Origin: Octopus sinensis
Taxonomy: Eukaryota
Direction of reading: 5' to 3'
DNA length: 64,000 nt
NCBI RefSeq assembly: GCF_006345805.1
Contig: NC_043001.1
Location: 113,398,001-113,462,000 of the forward strand
The notes below the pieces were generated by a model. It was given only the letters and a program-made list of their open reading frames with translations. It did no database searches and was not told where the DNA came from. The translations under genes and the position numbers were made by a program. Positions 11,255-25,080 of this stretch are shown here, piece by piece (within the stretch, counting starts at the first letter, position 1; each line of letters begins with the position of its first letter).

Positions 11255-13296
11255 CGGGCTTCTTTCACTTTCCAACTACCAAACCCACCCACAAGTAACT
11301 TTTTTGTTCCCAACTTTGACCCTCCATAAATCCTAAATTTTATTGTAGAATTTATGGGAGGAACTGTCTTTGAAAATTCATATTGCCGTTGAATGCTCGA
11401 AATGAGGAGCAGATAGACACCCGACAACTGATAAAGGGTCTTTCCTCAGAGTTTCCTTGCCCTGTTTTCCATTTTTCTCATTGTTTACGTATTTCATGTT
11501 ATTTGCACCGTTGGTGACGTCCTGTACCCATATATATATATATATATAATATATATTTCTGTTTGAGTTAGAGGTTGAGAAACCAACTAAGGGATAGTAC
11601 CTATCCAATATGCTGCTGTTAGTGTACCCAATTTCTCATATCCAAGTGCTAGTTATTGCGTGGCAATCTTGCAATGGAGTGTTATACATGGGCGAGTGTA
11701 AAAAGTGGTTTAGCCTTGATTTATACGGGAAATAAAAAAGTGGAGAGGATACAAAATGGACAGACATTAGCCGGTAAACATTCCAGTATGTCTACTTATT
11801 CCAATGTATTAGATGAATACATACACATTTATTAGTAGTACAGAATATCAAATATAAAAAAAATTTGGTAATTGCAAGAACAAGGGTGGGGAAGTCTATA
11901 ATGATATAGGAACAGGTGATTAAATGAGTACATGAGCAAATGAGCAGATTGTCAGTAGGTGCTAGTTCCTTACGGCCGTTTCTGCCAAGAGGCAACGAAA
12001 TCTTCCAGGTGGTCTCCATCTCTTCAGTGTTATGTAGGGATGAGCAGGTAATAAATGTGTCTTTAGGCTTCGCCAGAGGGTCTAAGTGGTTGGAAGGGCT
12101 AACACATATAATAACAGTTAATAATAGCTACAGTGTGTTTGTCCTTTAAAAATGAGTAGAAAAATAATAGGAGTAAGAACAAGAACAAACATGAGGATGT
12201 GAGTATAATGATTTAGGTATAGTAAGGGGAAATAAGATACAGACTTCCCTTGATCCATGTTATAAGATCCATGTTATTTCGTCCAATGTTGGATAGGTAG
12301 ATAAATTCGTTCTCAGGAGGAGTTTTTCCAGGAAGGATAATTTTAGGCAATAGTTCACATTATGTTTACATAGAACTTCAGTGGTGGGTTTGAAGGTATG
12401 GTCTGTGTTACGGAGGTGAAAGTTTATGCGTAAAGTGCTAGTCAGTAGGCTCAACGTTGCGGATGGTATGGCATAAGCAGCTTATGATGATGAACTCATC
12501 TTGGGAAATTTGGTATATGAGTGTATTAATGAGAGAAAGTAACCAGGTGGGGGTCAAAGTGCGATGTTAGGATTCGTTGCTGTTTCCGATCGGCAAGTCA
12601 CAGAATCCGTATGTGTAGTGGGGTGGGCTCATGGTCAGTCTTACAACCTAATTGGCCAGCTGTTCTTTTGAAAACCACTACTAAAATAATTAGAACTACA
12701 GGAAGGATTCTCTTCCCATAGTTCTAATCATTTTAGTTATCGCACTTATTCATTTGTTTTATTAATTTTATTTTGATCGTTCACTTGCTCATACTGGCCA
12801 TTGTTTTATTCATTCATTTTATCTCTATTTACTTTCTTTATTTATTTGATTTGTTTTGCTTTATTTGTTAGCCATCAACGAACCAGAACCACGTCATGGT
12901 TTTCAAAAAAATAGCTGACCAATTACGTTGTTTTGGGTCGAGTCTCCTTGCGAGGAAGTCTGTAGTGTGTACGTGCGGTTGTATATATATATATATATAT
13001 ATATGATATACCTGTATATGTGTGTGTGTAATTTAGTTCGTATTTGTGTTTATGTTTGACCTTCCCACTGCTTAACGACTGGATCTCGTTTCGTTCTGAC
13101 CCTACTACCTCACGGTTCATCGAAGGACTGGGTGGGCCAATCAAATTACAAGGCTGAAAAAGTAAGCACGTGTAGGGATAAGTATGAGAGGGGATGGTTA
13201 CGACTAAAACATTTAAGCCGTCACCCCAGCATGGCCGTAATCCAAGAACGGAGACAAGTAAAAGCTAAAAGAATATCGATATGTATCTGGAGAATA
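8849..13296. repeat. Tandem duplication of a ~2.4-kb unit (8849-10946 and 11251-13296 near-identical)
   Basis: Duplicated ORFs 9456-9683/11792-12019 and 9604-9813/11940-12149; the copies are collinear throughout with scattered SNPs and 1-bp indels. Confidence 0.95.
10945..11295 (-). mobile_element. Chimeric SINE family C at the duplication junction
   Basis: Tail shares the variants cactgcc and ctatcagtc with 13295-13715; sequence after the (CA)n matches 8849-8895. Confidence 0.8.
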
Positions 13297-13512
13297 CTCT
13301 TTACTCTTTTACTCTTTTACTTGTTTCAGTCATTTGACTGCGGCCATGCTGGAGCACTGCCTTTAGTCGAGCAAATCGACCCCGGGACTTATTCTTTGTA
13401 AGCCCAGTACTTATTCTATCAGTCTCTTTTGCCGAACCGCTAAGTGACGGGGACGTAAATACACCAGCATCGGTTGTCAAGCAATGCTAGGGGGACAAAC
13501 ACAGACACACAA

Positions 13513-13543
<31 letters not shown>

Positions 13544-13715
13544 CATATATACGACGGGCTTCTTTCAGTTTCCGTCTACCAAATCCACTCACAAGGCATT
13601 GGTCGGCCCGGGGCTATAGTAGAAGACACTTGCCCAAGATGCCACGCAGTGGGACTGAACCCGGAACCATGTGGTTGGTAAGCAAGCTACTTACCACACA
13701 GCCACTCCTGCGCCT
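13295..13715 (-). mobile_element. SINE family C, full length
   Basis: Complete head (aggcgcaggagtggctgtgtgg on minus) through to the tail. Confidence 0.9.
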
Positions 13716-13729
13716 ATATACGTTTATAT

Positions 13730-13955
13730 ATTTGCGTCATATCGGAAAATATTCCTTTTGTCCCCACTATGTACACATATAAACGTATATGTATATGTGG
13801 GGGCTTGGTGAGTGTGTGTGTATGAGAGAGGGGGAGTGTGTGTGTGTGTATGTGTGTGCATTTGTAGGTGTAATATAACAATATCTGGAGAATACTACAC
13901 AGAAAATGAGTCATAAAATAAACTTTTTTCTCTGATTATATTACACCTACAAATG

Positions 13956-13993
<38 letters not shown>

Positions 13994-14092
13994 CTCTCAT
14001 ACACACACACTCACCAAGCCCCCACATATACATATACGTTTATATGTGTACATAGTGGGGACAAAAGGAATATTTTCCGATATGACGCAAAT
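13730..14092. repeat. Long inverted repeat: ~150-bp arms (13730-13878, 13936-14092) with a 57-nt spacer
   Basis: The arms are reverse complements apart from (TG)n length; ORFs 13714-13914(-) and 13953-14165(+) share THTLTKPPHIHIRLYVYIVGTKGIFSDMTQ. Confidence 0.95.
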
Positions 14093-14644
14093 GTGTAATT
14101 ATTTCTTTGTGTGTGTGTATTTATGTGCGTGTGTGTGTGTATGTGTGTCTGGGTACGCTTGTTGAAATGTGTATTTCTGTGTTGCCAGTCATATTGGATC
14201 TTGGAAGGCAAACGTTTAATTTAAGCTGCAGCTTATTTTGTGAACAAACGACTTTAGTTAAAAAAAAAACAACAAAAACAGCAACAACAAAAAAAAAGCA
14301 ACGACAAATGCAAAACAATTATATTCAAGAAACAGATTTCCTATTGCAACTTCTGCGCATCGATCATGAGCAAACGTCTATTGCAGGCGATGTGCTTTAT
14401 TTCATCTGCTTTAATAGCACGAAAATACAATCAGAGCAGATATGAAGGAAATAATCTTTTACCTCGTTGTCTCATATCTTCGATAACACGCACGGCAAGC
14501 GCTTGGTGCGTTGGTAGAAATGTTAGGTTTCATAATCATTGTTTAAACCATTGATTATGTTATGGACTGGGACTCGTTCCCCGGGAGTTCAAGACATCTT
14601 TAGTTCTGGAATTTATTGCAGGAAAATATTTCTTTGTTTTTGCC

Positions 14645-15064
14645 ACTCTCTTTACTCTCTTTTACTTGTTTCAGTCATGTGACTGTGGCCATGCTGGAGC
14701 ACCGCCTTTATTCGAACAAATCGACGCCGGGACTTATTCTTTGTAAGCCTACTACTTATTCTATCGGTCTCTTTTGCCGAACCGCTAAGTGACGGCGACG
14801 TAAACACACCAGCATCGGTTGTCAAGCAATGTTAGGGGGACAAACACAGACACACAAACACATACACACACACATACATATATATATATATACATATATA
14901 CGACGGGCTTCTTTCAGTTTCCGTCTACCAAATCCACTCACAAGGCTTTGGTCGGCCCATGGCTATAGTAGAAGACACTTGCCCAAGGTGCCACGCAGTG
15001 GGACTGAACCTGGAACCATGTGGTTGGTCAGCAAGCTACTTACCACACAGCCACTCCTGCGCCT
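14645..15064 (-). mobile_element. SINE family C, full length
   Basis: As for the other family C copies. Confidence 0.9.
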
Positions 15065-15644
15065 AAGTACGAGATTTTATTTTCTTGTGGAATTTACGAA
15101 TGAGATTTAGAGACATTCATATATTCAACTAGTAAAAGTGTTTCAGTCTCGATGCCAACGAACTGGGCAGCCTTATGAGCATATAATTAGATACATTGAA
15201 GTTATTCGTTCCCATTCCCATCGCTTTTGATTTTGAATTTCGCCTGGGACCAACTTTGGTTTCTATCATTCTGGGATCGATAAATAGAATACCAATTTAA
15301 AAACGGGATGTGGATTGGCGAAAAGTTTTAGAACGTTGGAAAGTATATTACGCAGTGATTTCCCCTGATTCTTTGAGTTCTGTGTTCAAAATCATACCTC
15401 TCTCACCCTTATGGAGAAGTAGACTGTTCTAGGTGGGTGGGCTGAAAAAAATCACTACATTCACCGACCTAAAAAGCAATTTCGTCCTCATTGAGTCGGG
15501 AATAATATAAGGACATAAGGCGTTGAGCTGTTAAGGAGGATAACATCGATGATCGTTATGATGACGATGATGACTGGATGATTGACTCAAATCTATGACG
15601 CAGTCTCTACTTTCTACGACTCGACACATGGCTCAATGGCATTC

Positions 15645-16198
<554 letters not shown>

Positions 16199-18489
16199 TT
16201 AAAATATTGTTATCATAAGTAGCAAATAGTTATGAATTCCAAATCATAATGAACATCCAAAACAAAATCGATGAATTAATGTAGCTATTTCAATAGCAGT
16301 GCTTGTTATTATTACTGCTGTAAGATATGTGCTGGTGTCTGGTAAGACAGAGACAACAGTTCGAATCCAATACTCGTATTTACGTTTCGTATATGACCTG
16401 AATATCTAACACTAAAATGGAGTACTGTTTCTATTTTAAGTAAGGGGTACAACTCACTACTTTAAACAGTATATTTGTGGCCCGGATTTCTTTGCATCAC
16501 TAACTTCAAGTTTTTGGTGGTGACATTGAAAAGAAGAAAGTTCATTCTTTAGATTTACACATAGTTAACTAAATTTATATGAACTGTTCAAATAGTTCGT
16601 CCTGGTAACTGAACGTTTTCAAGATTCACAGACCTTATCCTAGAATTTCTGATGTACTAAGCTCCGTTCAACAGGACACCGCCAAGATAGAAAGCACCAA
16701 TGAGGGAGATGCTACGTGGTCACTCGACATACAGAATAATAGCCAAATCTGCCTCGAATAATATCCCACTGTCCTAAAGTAGGGCACGCTGGATAATGTA
16801 CAACTAGATTCTTTATAAAAGAGGGGATTGTTCTGCAATATCCTTGATTATGGGTCTGCGTGACCAGGACTAGCAATATCAAAGAGTGACGACAATAGCG
16901 ATAACAATAATGGTGACAGTACAATAATAACAACAGCAACAACAAAACTAACACAAACAAGGACAACAACGGTAGCAGTAAAAATTAACCTCGATATGAA
17001 GCGGAAATTTATTAAAATCCTCCTCTCCCCCCTTCCTTGTCATCACCACCAACAACAAGAATCAAGATCAAAATTCAACAACAGCAATGTGGAAGTCTCA
17101 ACATAGCAGCTCGGTTTGTTAGGATTATCAAATCCCCCTACAACTGTACCACAAGTCACATTAGAAAATCCATTCAAGGATGCTGCTATAGAGAAGATAC
17201 GGCAACGACTAGACTTCTTTTGAGGAAATTAAATAAATTTAAACAATGCAAACCGTCTCACTATAAGTTACATGAAAACATAAATGCATTCTGTCTATAC
17301 TACTAATGTGTGCATGTGTGTGTGTGTGTGTGTGTGCATGATATCTTGACGTACCGTTTCACAGTTTGCTGACGACTCCTCAGAGAGACATATTCGGCTT
17401 CCTAAACAATGCAAATGGTTATTTGCGACATCAGCGCCTGTCAACAACATAATTTCGTGTGCTTTTATGCAGCACCAATCCTTACTAGGACTCCCTCAAG
17501 GTAAGTAACGTAGTATTTTGTGTTCTAACACAGACTTCACGTTAAGTTGGAAATCAAGATTACTTTCAAAAGTGGTTTGGTTCGAAACTCTACATCCTTC
17601 AGTAACTCCTCCAGTATCCTCAGCTAATAGTTGCTGCAATTGTGGTAATAGTGATACAATATAAATAATAGCCACGATTATAATGCATTTATACACACAC
17701 AGACACACACACATACACACACACATGCACACACACACATGCACACACACATAATCACACACACACACACATACATACACACACACACATGCACACATAC
17801 ATAATCACACACAATCACACACGCACGCACGCATGTGTGGTTGATTTAGAGCGCGTGAATGCGTGTGGGTAATTATAACGAAAGATAGCAGTTATTTTTT
17901 AAATGCAAGTTTCCTTTTATGATAATATCCAAAATGCGTTAGTCATTGAAAAGAAAGAAAACAACAACAGCAACAAAAAAGAAAGCATAACCGACTATCT
18001 AGATAAAGAGATCGAAGTTTGTTCAATGTTTGCACAATTGAAGAAGACTACACGCCCTAAAATCTGTCAACATCAACGAACTTTGAAATAAACTTACATC
18101 TCCTTTGAGGAATTGGATAAAGATAAATTTTGAGAACCTTTTTCTGTAGTTTCAAACATCTCTTATTCTGCTTGCAGTGTCTGATGACACGGCTAAAGCG
18201 CTGTTCTACACGTAAAACAAATGTTTGTTTAAGCCCGTCTCTATAGATTTATTGTAAATCATTAGCAGTATAAAAATCCCATGTTTATCCATTCTATCTT
18301 CTTATTACTGCTTTAAACCTATCAGAATAGCCTCGGACTTTGCAGCCATCTATTTCGAAAGGAAGTTTGGAATCGATACAAATAAGTACCATTAATAAAC
18401 AGAGATAAGTAGCGGAGTATTATTATGAGAGAGAGATATCAGGAAGACTCACAATACTGGCATGAGACAGGAAGAAACAATATTATTTT

Positions 18490-18530
<41 letters not shown>

Positions 18531-18813
18531 GAAGTTCAAATCCCGGCTTCTAAACCATGATACGCTTGTTTGAGTAAAATAAACGAAGAGTTAATTATTA
18601 AAGGATAAAATATACAGCGTTAATACCGTCTACGTGTACAAGAGCAATATCTCTCTGATTAAGCGAACATAGAATGATTATCAATGAATTCATTATTATC
18701 ATTGTTGTTGCAGTAGTAGAAATCACCACCACCACCACCACCACCACCACCACCACCAACCACCACCACCGTCGCCGCCACCATCATCATAATCATCATC
18801 ATCATCATCATCA

Positions 18814-18860
<47 letters not shown>

Positions 18861-19125
18861 GCACTGGACGAGATAGACGAGAAAAAAGGAAGGAATTGAG
18901 AGAAATGAGTTGTATTAGTAGTAGAGAAACGGACGGATTAAATTGTTTTGCGGTATTTGGCATTCTGAATTCAAATCCTGTAGGATTCTACGTATTCCTT
19001 CAACCTTCCGATCACAATCAAAAGACTATCGATCAAGTACTGGAGTCAGTATGATGATGATGATGATGATGATGATGATGGTTGTGATGATACTACTACT
19101 ACTACTACTAATAATAATAATAATA

Positions 19126-19300
19126 AATGTACTGATGCAGACCAGGCAGTGGCACTCATGGCTTCTGATCTGAAATGATTAGAAGTACTATCATGTACAT
19201 TGTTTTGTCTTAGTATAAAAGATGGGCTACAGCAAATATTCTGCTCAATACCACAGATTTGCTTGTCAGTTGCTTGATCTTAAGTAGTTGAGCATCGACT
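19126..19300. mobile_element. Partial second copy of the 1253-1815 repeat
   Basis: ctgatgcag.ccaggcagtggc.ctcatggcttctgatct..gttgagcat matches 1259-1424. Confidence 0.8.
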
Positions 19301-21110
19301 TCAGACTGATCTAAATTGATCAAAGCTCCACCCGTGCCAGCTTCGTTATCCACCCTCTCTATGATGTAGCGCATTAGATGAAGGTTGTCGTGGATAGACC
19401 TGGTCAGGAAGGCCCATGTTTGCACCGTGCCAATCAGCTTGTAAACGCCAAGCGCCAACCTCTTGGCTAACTCCTTGGTCAAAAAAATCTTCAACTCTGC
19501 ATTGAGCAGAGTGATCGGCCTGAAGTTTTCTATGACGTCCCTCTTGTTTGGGTGCTTTCTCAGCAGTGCCACAAACCCTCGACAAACAAAAGCAGGAATT
19601 CTCCCGTTTTATTGGCAGTTGCAGTAGACGTTTGCCAAGAGGCCCGCAAACAAGTCTATAATTGAAATATACAGCTCATAGGGTAGACCATCGCTTCCTG
19701 TACTTCTCAGGCTGTTATCAGTCTTTCGCAAGCACCCTGCCTCGTTACCCGAGAGTCGCAGCAGGCCGTCCATGTACACATCGAAGTCTGCTCCGTTTTC
19801 CATCCCACTGTTTTTCCCAAACTGTCGAGCAAAGTGCTGCTGAAAGGCCGCACACATCTGCATCGGTTCGAACATCTCACGCCCGTTCTGGTCCACCAAA
19901 GATTGAGTGGTCGCCTTGTTGTCACGTTTAGCCTCCACTACTTGGGCCCATCGAACGGCCTTAGTCCCCTCACGCTTACCGAACGTGCCTTAGCTTTGAC
20001 AACGCAGCCTTCGTGTTTAGAGTCGAAGGGTTGGTCGAGGGTCAACTTCGCCGCCAACAGGTTGGTTGCGATGCCTTTTCTAAGAGCCTCGTCTAGCTTT
20101 CTAATTAAACCTCCTATTTTCTTTCTTTCTACAGCTAAAGCCTTACTAAACCTAATTGATTCTACTCTAATTACCCTCTTAAGAGCAAACCACTAGTTGT
20201 TGACGATCGCCCCCATCAACACCCGCTTAACTAATTCGCTAATACGGTCTCTGTAAGCTTTGCACGCCGTTAACGACGCATTTAACTTCCAGTAACCAGG
20301 ACTGTCTATGGAGTCCACATTGGCACATTCGGGTTGTCTAGTCGATATCTGTTATACAATAGAAAGCGTCTGAGCAGGTTGGCGAGGCTTTTGCATGTCC
20401 CTCTCTTATCAGATGCTCCCACTCCCACCTAATCAAAACGTTCGTCTAAGACAGCGTTCCAATACCCTACTAGCACTAAAGTGTGAGACGTACTCAGGAA
20501 TACCTCCAGACGCTTGAAATAATCCGACTGCGATGCTCCTGTCAGAGCGTAGGCAGCCACCAGTCTGAAGGCACCGCCGTCACTGCTGTTCACATCCAGG
20601 ACCACCAGCTTACCCTCTGGATCCAGGAAGATTGCCTTTATTTTCAGATCCAGGCCTTTCTGGAATAGCACCTCAGTACCACCATCGCCAGCTCCCGGCC
20701 GACACGGAGATAGAAAAATCTCTTATGCTACCGATTCTGAGCACAACCATGTCTAAAAAATTTAAACAGGAGAAAAAGATCTATTTACTGCTGTTGTCTG
20801 GTGGCGTAGCCCCCTTGTGTTTTCGTGTGGGTATTTCCACGAGATTTTTATATATTTTTTCGAGAAATTTTCTCGAGCGAGCCAACATATAGCAAGGGTG
20901 TCCCGTGTGAATTGGCCTACTCTAAGTATGCACCTCTAGGCCGGATGGAGTGAGGAGGAGAGTGGTACCTCGCTGAGGTGCCTTAGTGTTAGGGGTCCAA
21001 GTGGGTGAGTTTGCTTTGATCACCTCTCAGTGGATCTCCTCCTATTAGGGAATTATATATTGTTGGGTAATTTTCCTTGTTAATTATTCTGTTTTGCTGT
21101 TTACACGTAT
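19300..21110 (-). mobile_element. Tx1/L1-clade LINE fragment (APE endonuclease plus RT N-terminal part), frameshifted and 3'-truncated
   Basis: APE: FQKGLDLKI..DPEGKLVVLDV..FRLVAAYA..LVLVG.WNAVLD. RT: ENFRPITLLNAELKI..LAKRL..RSIHDNLHLMRYIIE..GALINLDQS, ending at motif A. Confidence 0.9.
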
Positions 21111-21193
21111 AACCTCACTCTCCCTCGTTTGTGTATTGTCCATTATGTTTTGTGTTCGGTCTTTATGACCAATAACGAAAGTATTATCATCAT

Positions 21194-21261
<68 letters not shown>

Positions 21262-24200
21262 TTTTCATATTTGACTTCGTAGTGCTAAGTCATTTTGCTT
21301 CTGTCTTTGAAACACGATCTAAGGAAATGAAATTGGGATTGGATTATTTGGTACAAGAATAATAACTGTTTACGGTTATACCTTGTCCTCGGTATTCTGG
21401 AGGAGACTGATATAAAAAACGGGGCTGTATCGTAAACTTAAAATTGTATTTACATACATTACATTTCCAGTTGTGTTGAGGCAAAGTTTCCATCAATGCA
21501 ATCTAAACAGAATTTTTAGACCTATCATGGCTAAAAAAAAATTGTAGGTGAGAGATTTTGTGAAACCGGAAAACAATTTGTTTGCTACAGGATCTAATCT
21601 AAGAAAGGGTAAAGAGAAAAAGTATGTATCTCTATTTAGGAAGGGGCGGAAGTAGAATACATTTTTCTTCACGCCAAGTAATACAGCAGGATCTCCATGA
21701 GATATCAGGACTGGTATTCTCTGAATTGAATAAGTAAAAGCCATGTCACTCTCTGCTTTACTTTCGGATCAGCTATTTCATCCAAAACGCCGATTGAAAT
21801 TGTCAGGCTTCTCTGACTACACATTTCTACACCAGTACATGTGTTAGCAGTCACTTTTGTACCACAGTAAGGGAGAGTGAGGAAAGTGGTGTGACGAAAG
21901 GTGATATGTAGTTAGGGCATGTGAAAATGGATATGCAAATCCTAATGACACTTAAAGGCCAGAGCCATACCGGAAATGTACCGAGGAGGAGGTGCCGAGA
22001 CAAAAAGTAGGAGACAGCTCAAGGAGAAGAAAGCACGCGTGAGGTATGTCACAAGAGAAAATACCTCCGTACCGGGGAATTCATCTAGAAAAGGGTGAGA
22101 ATTTATAATTTGCTTTTCAGAAAACTAGAAGGAGCTCCATTATGCCTTCAATATTTATACAATTACAAAATTAGCTTTGGCCCTTTTGGAAATAAACAAT
22201 TAACTACTGCAGTGGAAGGGAATTGGTTACAACATCAGATAGAAATGTTTTGCGGAATTCATTCTGGTTCTCTGATAACTGCAGTCTATAATATCGTTCT
22301 GCAAAGCATTTAATATTAGGCAACCTCTTCAAAATGGTTCCATAGAGCAAGATGGCAAAATTAGCACACATGGCTTTTATCAAGGATCAGAGACCTATTA
22401 TACAATGACATAATCCTGATACAAATAGTTTCCGGGCATCGAATTTTACCAATAGGCGCGAGTAGACTCTTAACAATGATAGAAGATACTCAGCATGCTA
22501 TGCAGGGTGATTGAATCCTGAAATTAGATAGTTGAAATACGAACTTCTTAACTAGACAACCATGTCCTCGTTGATTTAAACCTAACTACCTATTGTAATA
22601 AATTTCCACATCATTGTTGTATTCAGTGATTCTGGTCCGAATTTTAACTTTCGGAATCGCTGAATATATTCGTTAGTATTTCAGTACCAACCACATTTTA
22701 AGTTTACTTATATTTCTTTAGATCATAATCTGGTTAATAAGCCGGTTTTTAATCTAGCTACGATATCGTTTCCTTTCTCATATTTCAGACATTCTCTGTT
22801 CTGGCTTAAATTCTATTTTTATTAGTCAGCCTGATATTTGTGTTATTTAGTGTATTCAATTGTTAACTGTATGTGTTTTACGTTTCTCTCTGTTCGCTAT
22901 TTTCTGTATAAAATTTAATTTCCTTGCAACTTGACACCATTTTTAATCGTATGTTTTCTTTACCTTTTCATTGAAGTTTGTTGTAAATTTTACATATATT
23001 CTCTTTCCAGTCCAAATAAATTTTTATTCCCCAGATATCGGCGAATGCATAATTGGTAGATGGTTACCTTTAGAGGCTGCTTATGCGTGGCTGCCTGTCT
23101 ATCGGTCTGTCTGTCTCTATATGTGCATGTATGTATGCGTACATGTGTGTGTGTGTGTGCGCGTGCTCACATGTATATAAATACTTTTCTCTGTCTTTCT
23201 TCTCTCGCTTTGAGAAGCAATACGTCAGTGTTCTCACAACTCCTCCCAAAATAATGACATTGATACGGTTGATATTTAATGTTAATATCATAAAAAAATC
23301 GTAACCGGCGAGAGTATTTTCTAATGGTTGGCACCCTAACGAAGGAGGACTGGAGGTTGTGATTAGCCGTGGGACCTGGATAGCGAGAATATTGTGTGGG
23401 TGTATAGAGGAAGGGACCAAGTAAGCCGCGTGGGTTTGAATGAAGATTACTCATTGTGGCATATAACTAGCTACTTCCATGGAGTTGAGATAGTCAATCT
23501 GGCATCAAACCTCACATACGGGTCAATAAATGAATCTATATATGGTTGTTTCACTTGCTAGAAATTTCAGTTAAATATCCAGTGCCATCCTCAAAGACAA
23601 CAAATCATATCATGTGGTCCGTGATGCACTATGTTTGAAAAACAGACAGGATGTCATAGCTGTGATGCCTCTAATCATAGGCGTGTTTCTGGATATGTGA
23701 TGTGAATAATTAGTAACAGGTTTCGTGGTCTCTGCAGACAAATGGACGCATGCTCTACTGCGAATAATTGTAAGAGAGGGTCACTAAAAGAGCAACTTTT
23801 ACCTAGCATGTTTCATTCCTCATAGTTGTCCCTGTCTCAATCTGACTGAATTGGAACCTTTTTGGGGAATGGACATAACATGTTTTGGATCTTTTCTGTT
23901 TGACTGCTACTTTATAATTTCTTTAATTTTTGTTCCATTTGATTTCATATCTGGTGTATTGGTGTAGTTTTGTATGGTAATTATTGACATGAAATTCATT
24001 TTCGCTATAAATCAATAAATATGGAGTTAATAGCTTTTAACGTTTGATAATTTTGGTTACTTTTAACCAATCGAAAACCAGACATATAGGAGCCTATTTC
24101 CGTAATAACAAGCCAAGTTGTTATCAAGCTGCCCACCCCTCTGTTGTGGTCCTGTCAAACCACGTGGTCACTTTCGCTTATTATATGCTTTAAACAGGTA

Positions 24201-24321
24201 TGAGGTAGTCGTGAGATGAACTAAAAATAACAGCCAAATAGGTTTTAAATCACGCACCCTTCAAATTTTTTTAGGTTTCTGCATAATCGTATGAAATCCC
24301 ACGTGTAGAATACAAATTCAC

Positions 24322-24391
24322 AAAAACTATCGAGAGGCGAAAGAAATGACGCCCAGCCGGATGTCATTTCTTTCGCCTCTCGATATTTTTT
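24322..24391. other. Stem-loop with a perfect 23-bp stem, 12-nt loop and A/T lower stem
   Basis: tatcgagaggcgaaagaaatgac (24328-24350) is the exact reverse complement of gtcatttctttcgcctctcgata (24363-24385). Confidence 0.9.
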
Positions 24392-24789
24392 CTCTTCTAC
24401 TATCTATTCTATATCCTTTCAAGATTTCTCCCAGGCGTTACCCATTACAATTCGTCTTGGCCTGATGGCCCTTAATGTCTGTCTTCATCCATTGTTTTCT
24501 TCTGTATGTCCACACTGGTGTCGTTTGTTCGTTCGAAGCCCTAACATCCACAAATTTTATTTTTGCTGCTGTCTAATGAAGTTTTCCTGTCTTGTTGATA
24601 AAAGCAAGAAACAGGGAGTAATATCAGAGTCTACAACTGAGGAGGGGTTAGACTTTTTGTACGTACTTATCTCTCGTTGTGTACGTGTTTTTCACTCGTT
24701 GGTGATGTCTTGTTCTAAATATGTATTTTTCATTCATTTAATAATTGAACGCCACGCAGCCCTGGTCAGCAGTAAGTTTATATATATAT

Positions 24790-25080
24790 GACCTAGTTCT
24801 TAGGGTGTTGCACTCACGATTGCGAGATCGTGGATTCGATTCCCAAACAAGGCGTTGCGTTGTGTTCTTGAGCAAGGCACTTCATTTCACGTTGCTCAGG
24901 GATCATTTCGACATCTCACATGTGGCACCTAGTTGCACAGTTGCACCTGTACAGGTAACGTCAATTTGATGGAGGAAGTGAACTTATGTCTACACAAACA
25001 TTTGATCACTATAAACGAAGTCATCTGTGTGGTCGTTCGCTAAGAAATTGTCGAACACGCATACGTCGTCTAACGTCATG
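24790..25080 (+). mobile_element. SINE family V (tRNA head plus CORE-like gttgtgttcttgagcaa..cacttcatttcacgttgctc domain), diverged
   Basis: Shares head and core with 59250-59497 and 51400-51653. Confidence 0.7.

Noticed and set aside
21490-22320. Short ORFs and splice-like sites on both strands
   Set aside because: Every frame is interrupted by stops, no motif was recognised, and the GT..AG spacing (26 nt) is too short for an intron.
22755-22790. GAAAC-GATATC-GTA palindromic stem III on the minus strand
   Set aside because: The CUGANGA core and stem II cannot be formed; at most a heavily decayed relic.
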